Below, in pieces: positions 19,014-28,475 of a stretch of DNA of 64,000 nucleotides. A model generated the notes under the pieces. That model saw nothing but the letters and a program-made list of their open reading frames with translations, ran no database searches and was not told the origin of the DNA. Made by a program: the position numbers and the translations under genes. The stretch comes from Gemmatimonadota bacterium. Lineage in GTDB: Bacteria > Gemmatimonadota > Gemmatimonadetes > Longimicrobiales > Gaopeijiaceae. How positions within the stretch are numbered: position 1 is the first letter of the stretch; the number at the start of each line of letters is the position of its first letter. The DNA lies in NCBI GenBank assembly GCA_034521595.1, contig JAXHMG010000003.1, forward strand, positions 672,001 to 736,000, read 5' to 3'.

Positions 19014-20237
19014 GTGCGATGGCGCGCGCGCGCGGCCGCCCGCCGAGCCGGCCCGGGCTCGGGGGTACGGACGTGGTTGCTCGCATCCGTCGGGGGGATC
19101 GTTCTGTCCGGCTGTGCCGGTGGCTCCGGGCCCGCCGTTCCAGGCCCTTACCCGTCACCCGAGCCCGAGATCGAAGCGGTCCTCCCGGAGTCGGTGATCG
19201 ACTCACTGGAGTTCGCGCCTCCGCCCGAGGACGTGTCGACCGATCCTCTCCGCGCGACGAGCATGTTGCGCAACCCCGAGTTCGAAGCCGAAGTGACGCG
19301 TTGGGTCGAGCGTTGGACGGAGATGCCGGCTCCGTGGCTGGCGAGAGAGTTCGAGCGCATGGGGAGTCATGTGGCGGAGGTCGATTCGATGCTGAAGGCG
19401 CGAGACCTCCCTCGTTCGCTTCGCTATCTGCCGATCGTGGAGAGCGGATACAATCCGCGTGCGGTGAGCCCCGCGCGTGCGGTCGGCTTGTGGCAGCTCA
19501 TGGAGGGGACGGCCCGTGACCTCGACGTGCGCGTGTCCCCCCTCATCGACGAGCGAATGCATCCGGGCCGCTCCACGGAGGCCGCTTTGGATTTCCTCGA
19601 GCAGCTTCACGACGACTTCGGGTCGTGGTTCCTGGCCCTCGCCGCCTACAACGCGGGGCCTGCGCGGGTGCGCGGCATATTGCGTCGGCACGCTCCGCTC
19701 GAGCCTCGCTCCGATGCGCTGTTCTGGAAGATCCGCCCCTACCTTCCGAGGGAAACGCGTGACTTCGTGCCCAAGCTCTTCGCCGCGATTCGGATCGCCG
19801 AGCGACCGGAAAACTTCGGACACTCCGGTCCGAGCGTGCGACCTTCGGAGTACGAGGAGATCGAGATCTCGGATCAGGCGACGCTCGACGTCGTGGCCCG
19901 CGCAGCCGGGGTCACCCAGGAGGAGATCGAGCGCCTCAACCCGCACATCGTCCGAGGGCTGACACCGCCGCAAGCGACCGTGCGGCTGAGGGTGCCGGCG
20001 GGAACGGGAGCGCGCTTCCGGGCCCGGTTCGCCGAGATTCCTCCCGAGGAGCGCGTGACCTTCTTGGAGCACCGAGTCGCCGAAGGGGAGACTCTCTCGC
20101 ACATCGCCGTTCGCTACGGCGTGCCCCTCGCGGATCTACGGGCGGCGAACCCGTCGGTGCGGGATCGTTACCTTCGGGTCGGCAGGCTTCTCACGGTGCC
20201 GGTGGCTCCGAGCGTGAGAGCGGGTGGCATGGACTGA
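19014..20237 (+). CDS. Membrane-bound lytic transglycosylase (SLT + LysM, MltD-like)
   Basis: VESGYNPRAVS, GLWQLM, ALAAYNAG, LPRETRDFVPK; LysM at C-terminus; lipobox LSGC; start uncertain. Confidence 0.88.
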   Translation: MRWRARAAARRAGPGSGVRTWLLASVGGIVLSGCAGGSGPAVPGPYPSPEPEIEAVLPESVIDSLEFAPPPEDVSTDPLRATSMLRNPEFEAEVTRWVERWTEMPAPWLAREFERMGSHVAEVDSMLKARDLPRSLRYLPIVESGYNPRAVSPARAVGLWQLMEGTARDLDVRVSPLIDERMHPGRSTEAALDFLEQLHDDFGSWFLALAAYNAGPARVRGILRRHAPLEPRSDALFWKIRPYLPRETRDFVPKLFAAIRIAERPENFGHSGPSVRPSEYEEIEISDQATLDVVARAAGVTQEEIERLNPHIVRGLTPPQATVRLRVPAGTGARFRARFAEIPPEERVTFLEHRVAEGETLSHIAVRYGVPLADLRAANPSVRDRYLRVGRLLTVPVAPSVRAGGMD

Positions 20238-20273
20238 CACCGGCGTGCCCCGCGAGGGAGCGGCGAGAGGCCC

Positions 20274-20550
20274 TAGCGGCCCGTGGTAGAAGTCTGGTGG
20301 CCCGCGCACGAGGGTCTTGCGTGTCGCAGGCAAGGCGGCTTCTTGAAGGCGATGCCGTAGCATCGGCGAAAGGAGCCAACGCCGCATGCGGCCGCAACCC
20401 CCTCGTGCCCTTCGGGTTGGGGCGGCACGGCCCCATCTCCGTCGTTGCCACTCCTCGACGTAGCTTAGGGCTATGCCTTCGTCGTGGCGCCTAGGATCTG
20501 GGGCCGTGGCGCCCCAACGCGGGCCACCAGACTTCTACCACGGGCCGCTA
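20274..20550. mobile_element. MITE-like non-autonomous element with perfect terminal inverted repeats
   Basis: TAGCGGCCCGTGGTAGAAGTCTGGTGGCCCGCG (20274-20306) is the exact reverse complement of 20518-20550; internal hairpins; no transposase. Confidence 0.75.
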
Positions 20551-21045
20551 AGGGTCGGAAGCCCTCCACGACCCCGACCGCCCTCCGTGCTTCTCGAGTA
20601 ACCGGACTCCTTCGATGCGCATGCCGCGGTCCATCGCCTTGACCATGTCGTAGACGGTGAGCAGAGCGACCGACACGGCCGTCAGCGCTTCCATCTCGAC
20701 CCCCGTCCGCCCGGTCACGGTCGCCTGCGACCGCGCCACGATGCTTGGAGGGGTGTCTTCCGGAGTCAGAGTGACCTCGACGGTCGTACCCGGCAGTGGG
20801 TGACACAGGGGAATGAGGTCGGCGGTCCGCTTGCCTCCCATCACTCCCGCGATCTCCGCGACCTGAATCGGGTCGCCCTTCTCGGTGCGGCCCGCCAGCA
20901 CCGCTTCGAGGGTCTCCTCGGCCATGATGATACGCCCTTCGGCGACCGCCCGGCGGACGGTCTCGCCTTTGCCGGAGACATCGACCATGCGTGCGCGTCC
21001 CTCCGCGTCCAGATGCGTGAGCCCGGTGCGTGTATGGTCGGTCAT
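20548..21045 (-). CDS. moaC: Cyclic pyranopterin monophosphate synthase MoaC
   Basis: THLDAEGRARMVDV, LIPLCHPL, TGVEMEAL, YDMVKA, KHGGRSG. Confidence 0.95.
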   Translation of the reverse strand: MTDHTRTGLTHLDAEGRARMVDVSGKGETVRRAVAEGRIIMAEETLEAVLAGRTEKGDPIQVAEIAGVMGGKRTADLIPLCHPLPGTTVEVTLTPEDTPPSIVARSQATVTGRTGVEMEALTAVSVALLTVYDMVKAMDRGMRIEGVRLLEKHGGRSGSWRASDP

Positions 21046-22208
21046 GATGCGGAACCCCGGAAGGGGGGAAGGAGGGTGTCTCCCAGCTCCTTGACGAGAC
21101 CTGCGACGACCAGTTGCGGGTTGACGTTTCCACGCGCGAGCTCCCGGGCTTTCTCGACGACCGGTAGGGCGCCGGGTACGGCGGGTGCGTGGACGCCACT
21201 TCTCGAGGCGAGCTTGGCCAGCGGCTCGGCGGCATCGTGGTGAAACACGGGTCCGGAGCTCCCAGCGAGGACCGCGCCGAGGTCCCGAATCCACTCGTCC
21301 AGAACGTCCAGCATGGCCAGAAGCCCTCGGGCTCGGGAGGAAGGGTACGCCAAGGCGACCGTATGCGCGTCCGCTCGCTCCCGGTCGAGCGCCGCACGCA
21401 GGATCGCGAACGCCTCCCGTCGCAGCGCGTTCATCGGCTCGTCGTCTTCGTCCTCGTCTTGGGGTAGAAATCCGAGTGCACGCCCGAGGGACCCTCGTGC
21501 GAGCTTCGCGACCGACCGGGCTCGCTCTTCGTCGACGTCGAGCCGGTCCACGAGCACCGACCGCACGGTTCCGTCCGGGAGCGGTCCCAGGTGGAGCGGC
21601 ACCGTCCGGGAACGTACGGTCGGAAGGAGGCTTCCGGGCACACTGCTGGTGAGGATGAAGCGGGCGGATCCGGGCGGTTCCTCGAGAAGCTTGAGGAGTG
21701 CGTTCGCCGCTTCTTGACTGGCTTCCTGTGGGACGAGAAGCTCGGCGTCCCCGATGATGAACACCGGACCTACGGCCATGGATGCCCGCACGTGGGCGCG
21801 CTTCCGGAGGTTCTTGACCGTCCCGATGTAGAGGCCCGTCACGTCCTGGGCTCGCGTCGGTCGGAGGGGTGTTTCCCGGTAGCGCGCGAGCATGTCGTGC
21901 CGGGCGTCCTCGAGCGCGTCGGCGAGCCGGTCCCCCGTCGCCTTGGGGCGCGCAAGCGGCATGTACCAATGGATGTCGGGGTGCTCGAGAGTCAGCAGGA
22001 GCCGACAGCTCTGGCACGTGCCACACGGCCCTTCGTCGAGATCGGGCTTCTCACAGACCGTCAGTTGCGCGATCCACAACGCGAACCGCTGCTTGCCGAC
22101 CCCTTTCGCGCCGTGCAGCAGGAGTGAAGATGGGAGGCGCCCCGCCCCGTACGAGGTGAGGATGGTCCGGCGGGCGTCCGTGTGTCCGAAGAGTGGATGC
22201 AAGCTCAT
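21042..22208 (-). CDS. holB: DNA polymerase III delta' subunit
   Basis: LLLHGAKGVGK, C..CGTCQSC zinc motif, HPD, AANALLKLLEEPP, TVRSR. Confidence 0.88.
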   Translation of the reverse strand: MSLHPLFGHTDARRTILTSYGAGRLPSSLLLHGAKGVGKQRFALWIAQLTVCEKPDLDEGPCGTCQSCRLLLTLEHPDIHWYMPLARPKATGDRLADALEDARHDMLARYRETPLRPTRAQDVTGLYIGTVKNLRKRAHVRASMAVGPVFIIGDAELLVPQEASQEAANALLKLLEEPPGSARFILTSSVPGSLLPTVRSRTVPLHLGPLPDGTVRSVLVDRLDVDEERARSVAKLARGSLGRALGFLPQDEDEDDEPMNALRREAFAILRAALDRERADAHTVALAYPSSRARGLLAMLDVLDEWIRDLGAVLAGSSGPVFHHDAAEPLAKLASRSGVHAPAVPGALPVVEKARELARGNVNPQLVVAGLVKELGDTLLPPFRGSAS

Positions 22209-23434
22209 CCCGATTCCTTCGGTCGTAGCCAGCCCATGGGGTCCTGCGCCTGGGGAGCTCCGGCGCCGGCCGGGGCGCGGATCTGAAACTCGATGTGAGG
22301 GCCTTCGGGGGTTTCCTCCCCTCCGACCGTTCCGACGACCTGGCCGGCTCCGATGTCCCGGCCCTCGACTACGCCGATCTCTTCCAGGTACAGGTAGAGG
22401 GTGTAGATGCCGTCGCCGTGGCTGATGACCACGGTGGGTCCGTATCCTTCGAACGGGCCGGCCATGACCACGGTGCCGGAGCGTACCGCACGGACGGGCG
22501 TGCCGGTGGGCGCCGCGAGACCGATCCCGTTCCAACGCAGGACCGTTCCGTTCGGCCGTTGGTCACGTCCGAATTGGTAGATGATGTCCCCTTTCACCGG
22601 CCAGTCGAGCTGTCCCGCGTCGGCGGAAGTCAGCGTAGGCTCGTCGACCGGGTCCGCCCGGTTCGCTTCGATTTCGCGTCTGCGTGCTTCGAGATCATCG
22701 ATCAAGCCGGTCAGGCGTGCCTCGTCGGCTTCGAGCTCCTCCAGGCGGCTCGCCGTTCGCTGCTCTCTCGACCGGAACTCCTGCAGGGCGGACTGACGCT
22801 CCGACTCCACGGCCCGTAGCTCGGCAACTTCGGAGAGCCGATCACTGCGCAGCGCTCCGAGTTGGGCCATGCGCTGTTGGAGCTCGGCGTTGACCTCGGC
22901 CAGGTCCGACTCCATCTCCTCTACGCGCTCGACCAAGCTTCGGTCGAACTCCGCGATTCGCTGGAGGTAGCGATACCGGTTCAAGAGGTCGGTGAAGGAC
23001 GACGCGCCCAGCAGGACCTGTACCGTGTGGAGGGGCCCCATCTTGTAGATGTCCCGGAGCCGACGGTGAAGGATCGCTTGGCTTTCGGCCAACCGCTCTC
23101 GCGCACGGAGGAGGTTCCGCGTCGTTTCCTCGATCTGTGCCGACGTGAGCTCCGACTGGAACTCGACCTCGGCCAATACCGACCGGGTCGCGGAGAGCCT
23201 CCGCTCCACGTTCGCGAGCTCGGCGGAGACGTCCCGGACGCGGTTGCGGACGTCGCCCATCTCCCGCTCGAGCTCCTCGCGCTCGGCCCGGATTTGTTCG
23301 AGCCGCCGCTGGCTATCCGCGATCTCCGCTCGCAGGTCGCCGGGCTCTTGAGCGGTGAGGCACGGTGCGTAGAGCACCGCCGTGATCCCGACCAGCGCGA
23401 AGCCGAAGATCTCCGCCCTTCGACGGCTCACCAT
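22205..23434 (-). CDS. envC: Murein hydrolase activator EnvC (coiled coil + degenerate M23)
   Basis: Long coiled coil, LDWPVKG, WNGIGL, degenerate zinc ligands; follows ftsEX. Confidence 0.85.
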   Translation of the reverse strand: MVSRRRAEIFGFALVGITAVLYAPCLTAQEPGDLRAEIADSQRRLEQIRAEREELEREMGDVRNRVRDVSAELANVERRLSATRSVLAEVEFQSELTSAQIEETTRNLLRARERLAESQAILHRRLRDIYKMGPLHTVQVLLGASSFTDLLNRYRYLQRIAEFDRSLVERVEEMESDLAEVNAELQQRMAQLGALRSDRLSEVAELRAVESERQSALQEFRSREQRTASRLEELEADEARLTGLIDDLEARRREIEANRADPVDEPTLTSADAGQLDWPVKGDIIYQFGRDQRPNGTVLRWNGIGLAAPTGTPVRAVRSGTVVMAGPFEGYGPTVVISHGDGIYTLYLYLEEIGVVEGRDIGAGQVVGTVGGEETPEGPHIEFQIRAPAGAGAPQAQDPMGWLRPKESG

Positions 23435-24288
23435 CAGATCTCCCTCAAGTGCCGCCGGATCGCGAGAGCGCTGGAGACCACTCCTAACGCGACGCCGGAT
23501 CCGACTCCGATCAGGATCCAGCCTTCCGGAATCCAGGCGATCTCGAAGAGGGACACATACACGGCGCGGTAGGTCGCATAGGTGAGCCCCCAGGCGATCA
23601 AGCCTCCGATCAATCCGGTGATCGCCCCTTCCAGGAGGAAAGGGCGGCGGATGAAACCGTTCCGTGCTCCGACCAGGCGCATGACGTAAATCTCGTCCCG
23701 CCGTGCGAAAATCGCGATGCGTAGCGCGGTAGCGATGATGAGCGCCGCGACCGCTGCGAACGTACCACCCAACACGGCGGTTGCTCCGGCGCCGACCCGA
23801 CGCAGCGTGAAGAGCCGGTCCACCCACTCACGCCCATACCGCGCGTCCTCCACGAACGGATACGCCATGGCCGCTTCCGCGATCCGATCCACGGCGTCGG
23901 GGCTTCGCGAGTCCGGCTGTAGCTCCACCTCGAGCGACTGTGGCAGCGGATTCACCGCCAGGTCGGAGAAGAGCTCTCCGAAGTCGGGTAGATCCTCTCG
24001 AGCTCGCTCCAGAGCATCCCGTTTCGAAACGTAGCGCACGGACCTCACACCCTCCGTCGCGGAGAGCTCACGCAACGCCAGATCGATCTCTTCCTGGCGG
24101 GTGTCGTCCCGGAGGTAGGCGACGACCTCCACACGCTCCTCGATGGCGGAGAGGGCCATTTCCAGGTTGTAGGCGGCCAGGCCGAAGAGTCCGACGACCA
24201 GGAGGGCGAGCCCCACCATGGCGGACGAAAGCCCGGTGAGCAGGGGCGCGCGTCGGAACGCGGCGATGGCTTCCCTCAGGGCGTGCAC
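23434..24288 (-). CDS. ftsX: Cell division permease FtsX
   Basis: NPLPQS, ARRDEIYVMRLVGA..FIRRPFLLEG; four TM segments. Confidence 0.92.
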   Translation of the reverse strand: MHALREAIAAFRRAPLLTGLSSAMVGLALLVVGLFGLAAYNLEMALSAIEERVEVVAYLRDDTRQEEIDLALRELSATEGVRSVRYVSKRDALERAREDLPDFGELFSDLAVNPLPQSLEVELQPDSRSPDAVDRIAEAAMAYPFVEDARYGREWVDRLFTLRRVGAGATAVLGGTFAAVAALIIATALRIAIFARRDEIYVMRLVGARNGFIRRPFLLEGAITGLIGGLIAWGLTYATYRAVYVSLFEIAWIPEGWILIGVGSGVALGVVSSALAIRRHLREI

Positions 24289-24291
24289 GCC

Positions 24292-24969
24292 TCAGCTCTC
24301 GGACGGGTGGGAGTCGTACACCAGCCGGCCGTCGTCCAGCTCGGCCACACGCGCATGATCGTACCTTCCCACGACCCCCATGTCGTGGGTGGCCATGACG
24401 ACCGCGGTGCCGCTCGTGTTGATCTCCCAGAACAGATCCAGGATCCCACGGGTGGCACGATCGTCGAGGTTTCCGGTCGGCTCGTCCGCGAGCAGCACGT
24501 AGGGTTCGTTGGCGAGCGCTCGAGCGATCGCGACTCGCTGTTGCTCTCCTCCCGAGAGCTCGTGCACGAGTGCCCCCAGCTTGGGGGACAATCCAACCTG
24601 TGAGAGAAGGCGTTGGGCGCGTGGCACGATCTCGCTGCGCTTCGTGCCGGTCACCTCGAGGGCGAACGCGACGTTCTCCATCGCGGTTCGTCCCGGAAGG
24701 AGCCGGAAATCCTGGAAGACGAAGCCCACTCGCCGGCGCACCTTCCAGATCTCCCGGTCGCTGATACGCTCCGACGAGTAGCCGCCCACGCGCACCTCAC
24801 CTTCGGAGGGCCGGGTCGCCATGTGGATCAACCGCATGGTCGTGGATTTCCCCGAGCCGGAGTGACCCGTGAGGAACACGAACTCACCCTTCTTCACGTG
24901 AAGGGATACGTCGCGGAGCGCGTAGCCACGCTTGGCGTACTCCTTCGAGACGTTCGTGAGCTTGATCAC
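24292..24969 (-). CDS. ftsE: Cell division ATP-binding protein FtsE
   Basis: GHSGSGKST, VFQDFRLL, LSGGEQQR, LADEPTGNLD. Confidence 0.94.
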   Translation of the reverse strand: MIKLTNVSKEYAKRGYALRDVSLHVKKGEFVFLTGHSGSGKSTTMRLIHMATRPSEGEVRVGGYSSERISDREIWKVRRRVGFVFQDFRLLPGRTAMENVAFALEVTGTKRSEIVPRAQRLLSQVGLSPKLGALVHELSGGEQQRVAIARALANEPYVLLADEPTGNLDDRATRGILDLFWEINTSGTAVVMATHDMGVVGRYDHARVAELDDGRLVYDSHPSES

Positions 24970-25017
24970 CGGATCGGGCTGGAGGCGGGCGTGAGCACCT
25001 TGTTCCGGGACGGAAGA

Positions 25018-25986
25018 TTAGACATGCCCGGAACCCCTGTCAAAACGGAACCGAGTTCGCGCCAGCCGCACGGCGAGGCGCATCGCCTCCTCCATGGACG
25101 AGGAATCGGCCCGTCCGGAGCCCGCGATGTCGAATGCCGTGCCGTGGTCGGGTGACGTGCGCACGAAGGGGAGTCCCAGCGTCACGTTCACGCCCGTTCC
25201 GAAGCAGACCGTCTTGAAGGCTGCCATTCCGACGTCGTGATAGGGGGCCACCACCGCGTCGAAGCTCCCCGCGAGCGCTCGCTGGAACACGGTGTCCGCA
25301 GGCACGGGGCCAGTGACGTCGACCCGATCGGTCCGGAGTCGCTCCAGCGCGGGTGCGTAGACGCGAGCCTCTTCATCCCCGAACAGCCCCCCGTCCGACG
25401 CGTGCGGGTTCATGGCGCACAGGGCGATTCGGGGTTCCGGAATGCCCCAGTCTTCCCGGAGCCCCCTTGCGAGCAGGTTCGCTTGCTCCACGAGGAGATC
25501 CTCGGTGAGGTGCGCCGGTACCTCGGCGAGCCCGATGTGCGTGGTCGCCAGCAGGACTCGGAGCGGTGCATCGAGCCGCGTCTTCTCGGCGGCCATGAGC
25601 ATTCCGACGTGGGGGACCCCGGCGAGATCCCTCAGCATCTCGGTGTGACCGGGGACCGTGCGACCGGCCGCGTGGAGCGACGGTTTGTGCAGGGGAGCCG
25701 TGACGATTCCATGGATCTCCCCCTTCAGGGCCAGGGACACCGCGTATTCGATCGCTTCCGCGGCGATGCGGCCTGCAGCTCGGTCGTCCTCGACCGACTC
25801 GGGTAGCCATGCTCCAGAGTCTGCTTCCGAGTCCGACCAAGCCGGATCGACGAGCGTCTGTTCGGGCCCGATCAACACCGGCGCGAAATCCAGCTCCTCC
25901 CGCATCAACGTTCTCAGCGCTTTGCGGGTTACCTCCGGGCCGATCCCTCGAGGGTCACCCGGGGTGATGGCGATCCGCGGCCGCAT
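25018..25986 (-). CDS. pdxA: 4-hydroxythreonine-4-phosphate dehydrogenase
   Basis: GDPRGIGPE, PGHTE, NPHASDGG, YHD, RTSPDHGTAFDIAG. Confidence 0.95.
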   Translation of the reverse strand: MRPRIAITPGDPRGIGPEVTRKALRTLMREELDFAPVLIGPEQTLVDPAWSDSEADSGAWLPESVEDDRAAGRIAAEAIEYAVSLALKGEIHGIVTAPLHKPSLHAAGRTVPGHTEMLRDLAGVPHVGMLMAAEKTRLDAPLRVLLATTHIGLAEVPAHLTEDLLVEQANLLARGLREDWGIPEPRIALCAMNPHASDGGLFGDEEARVYAPALERLRTDRVDVTGPVPADTVFQRALAGSFDAVVAPYHDVGMAAFKTVCFGTGVNVTLGLPFVRTSPDHGTAFDIAGSGRADSSSMEEAMRLAVRLARTRFRFDRGSGHV

Positions 25987-26002
25987 GGGAGGCTCTACGA
26001 CG

Positions 26003-27310
26003 CTACCTCAGGATCTCGATATGGGTCCGCTGCCGCAGCTCTTCGATGACGCGGTCGAGCCGCCGCTCCTGTTGCACCTGGCTCGCGATCTGACCGCGGA
26101 CGTCCTCGAAGGTGTAGGTTCCCGCCTCACGGATCCGCTCCACCTTGATCACGGCGAACCGGGTGTCGGCTTGGCCTTCGTACTCCACCGGGCCCAACAC
26201 CTCGCCCTCGCTGGCGCCGCGAAGGACCTCGTATTCGGGGGGAAGCTCCCCGAGTTGATCGAACGAGACGGTCAGGGAATCGGGTGCTGCGGGGTCGGAA
26301 TACTCCTGGTAGAGGGAATCCATCGACGCCCCTGCCTGGGCATCGGTGGTGATCGATTCGGCAAGCGTGCGCGCCCGCTCTATATCGCGGTCGGTCTTCT
26401 CGGGCACGATCAGGATGTGCCGCCCCTGACGCTCACCGGGTCGGGTGCGTTCCACCTTGATGATGTGGAATCCGAACTCCGTCTCCACGACCTGGCTCAC
26501 CGCCCCTGCGGGAAGGGAGAACGCCGCGTCTTCGAACTCCTGCACCATCCGTCCGCGCCGGAACCACCCGAGGTCGCCTCCGAGCTCGGCCGATCCCGGG
26601 TCGTCCGAGTACCGGCGCGCGAGTTGGGCGAAATCCTCCCCATCCCGAATCCGCTGGAGAAGATCCTCGGCGAGGGCTTCCGCTTCCGCACGAGCTTCCT
26701 CGGAGGCCTCCGGAATGATCACTACCTGGTGGAACGTCAGCGAGCGGGGCCGCTGCTGCATCTGTGTCCGGGCTTGCTCGAACCGTGCCCGGAGCTCGTC
26801 GTCGGAGACGTCCACGGGCCTCGAGTCCTGCATTTGACGCTGCATGAACATCTGCTGGATCTGCTGCTGACGCGCCTGGGTCGTGAGGATGTCACGGTAT
26901 TCGGCGAGCGTCAGGCCCTCCGAAGCCAGGGCTTGGGTGAGTGCGCCGCGTCCGCCCATCGACTCGATCACCTGGTTGATCTGCTGGGAGACCCTTTGAT
27001 CGATGGTCGCGTCGTCCGGAGCGATCAACGTGTCGCGGGCCGCCGCCTGCAGCACCAGCACCCGGTTGATCCAGGAGTCGAGGATCCCGTCGAAGAAATC
27101 TTCGTAGGCCGGATCGCTCTCGTCGGGCACTGGAGCGTCCTGGAGGCGCATCCGTTGGATCTCTTCCTCGATCTGGGATTGGAGGACGACCGAATCCCCC
27201 ACGATCGCGAGCACTCGGTCCACGACGGCGTCGCCGGACGCGAGTTGGGACGTGGCGGGCGTCGCCACGAGGGCGAGCAACAGGACGGTAAAAAGCGAGC
27301 GTTTCAACAT
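26003..27310 (-). CDS. surA: SurA-like periplasmic chaperone/parvulin PPIase
   Basis: [10 protein letters not shown]-domain; [34 protein letters not shown]; upstream of pdxA. Confidence 0.85.
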   Translation of the reverse strand: MLKRSLFTVLLLALVATPATSQLASGDAVVDRVLAIVGDSVVLQSQIEEEIQRMRLQDAPVPDESDPAYEDFFDGILDSWINRVLVLQAAARDTLIAPDDATIDQRVSQQINQVIESMGGRGALTQALASEGLTLAEYRDILTTQARQQQIQQMFMQRQMQDSRPVDVSDDELRARFEQARTQMQQRPRSLTFHQVVIIPEASEEARAEAEALAEDLLQRIRDGEDFAQLARRYSDDPGSAELGGDLGWFRRGRMVQEFEDAAFSLPAGAVSQVVETEFGFHIIKVERTRPGERQGRHILIVPEKTDRDIERARTLAESITTDAQAGASMDSLYQEYSDPAAPDSLTVSFDQLGELPPEYEVLRGASEGEVLGPVEYEGQADTRFAVIKVERIREAGTYTFEDVRGQIASQVQQERRLDRVIEELRQRTHIEILR

Positions 27311-27362
27311 GGCGACTCGTAACCCTTCGCGAACGGAGGTGTTCCGGCTGAGACGTTTCGGC

Positions 27363-28445
27363 TCATGAGCTGATCGAATCCACTTCGGACGGAGCCTCGA
27401 TGGGTGGGTTGCCCTCGGAGGAGGTACCGCGACCCGCGCGGATGCGACCGAGCTCGAGCACCGCGCGACCGACCCCGGCGTTGAGGATGGCGTGGGCCGC
27501 GTCGGACCGCAGTTGGTAGGAGAGGGGGCCGAGTGCAAGCGCCGGGGCGGCGCCCGAGAGGTTCCTGCCCAGCGCTTCCCGGACGGCTCTCGCGATAGCC
27601 GACTCCAGGTCCTCGCCGGGTGCCCGGTCGAGAGGGAGCAGGCCGAGACGCCGCGCCGAGGTCTCGATCTCCTCCGCGAAGGAGGCCGCGAGGGAGTCGG
27701 CGTGCCCGGCCGGGGGCTCGAAGCCGGACGCCCGGGCCTCGGCGAGTAGGAGCTCGCGTCGCGCGAGAGACATCAAGAACGTCTCGAGCGTCTCCACCTG
27801 ACTCCCTGCGACCTGCTCACGCAACGATTCGGGCTCCTGCTGGAGGAGCGTCAGCAGGCGCGCGGCCGTGAGGCCGCCCGTATCCCACTCGACCAGCGTT
27901 CTCCGGGCGGCCCGTCCGGAGAGGCGACCGGACGGGTTCGCCGCGAGCTCACGGGCGAGGCTCGGGGCATCCTCGGACATGGTCAACCCGCCGGCTCGGG
28001 CCTCCACATCGGACACGAACGTAGATTCGGCCTCTTGGAGGCGCTCTCGTTGTAGTTGCGCACGGAGTTGGGGCGCGATCTCGTCGTCCGTCACCGCCGT
28101 ATCGGCCATCATCGCCGAATCGCGAAGCGTGACGAGCATGTCCCGATCCATGCGAGCACGGACCATCGGGGCGAAATCGAGGAAGGCGAGGGTCGAGTCT
28201 TCCGCTGCTGCGCGCGCCAGCAGTGTGTAGTCGATCCACAAGTCGGCGACTGCTTCCACCACGTCGGCGCTCGCCGGCATGTCCTCGTGGTCGGCAAGGA
28301 GCGCGACCAGGTCTTCGGCGGAAAGCGCGGTACCGTTCACGCGAGCCACGACGTCGCCGCCGTTGGAGGGCTGATCACCCGAGCAGGCGCCGAGGACGAA
28401 GACGAGGAGGATCCGGAAGGAGGATCGTCGGGAGAGGAGGCTCAT
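27363..28445 (-). CDS. Lipoprotein with SurA/PrsA-like N-terminal region and no recognisable parvulin core
   Basis: Lipobox [15 protein letters not shown]; mostly helical. Confidence 0.6.
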   Translation of the reverse strand: MSLLSRRSSFRILLVFVLGACSGDQPSNGGDVVARVNGTALSAEDLVALLADHEDMPASADVVEAVADLWIDYTLLARAAAEDSTLAFLDFAPMVRARMDRDMLVTLRDSAMMADTAVTDDEIAPQLRAQLQRERLQEAESTFVSDVEARAGGLTMSEDAPSLARELAANPSGRLSGRAARRTLVEWDTGGLTAARLLTLLQQEPESLREQVAGSQVETLETFLMSLARRELLLAEARASGFEPPAGHADSLAASFAEEIETSARRLGLLPLDRAPGEDLESAIARAVREALGRNLSGAAPALALGPLSYQLRSDAAHAILNAGVGRAVLELGRIRAGRGTSSEGNPPIEAPSEVDSISS

Positions 28446-28475
28446 GGACGGACGACTCGATGCTCGTGGTTCGGT

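Noticed and set aside
20274-20550. CRISPR array or tRNA interpretation of the repeats
   Set aside because: Only two copies, in inverted orientation; no spacers, cas genes or cloverleaf.
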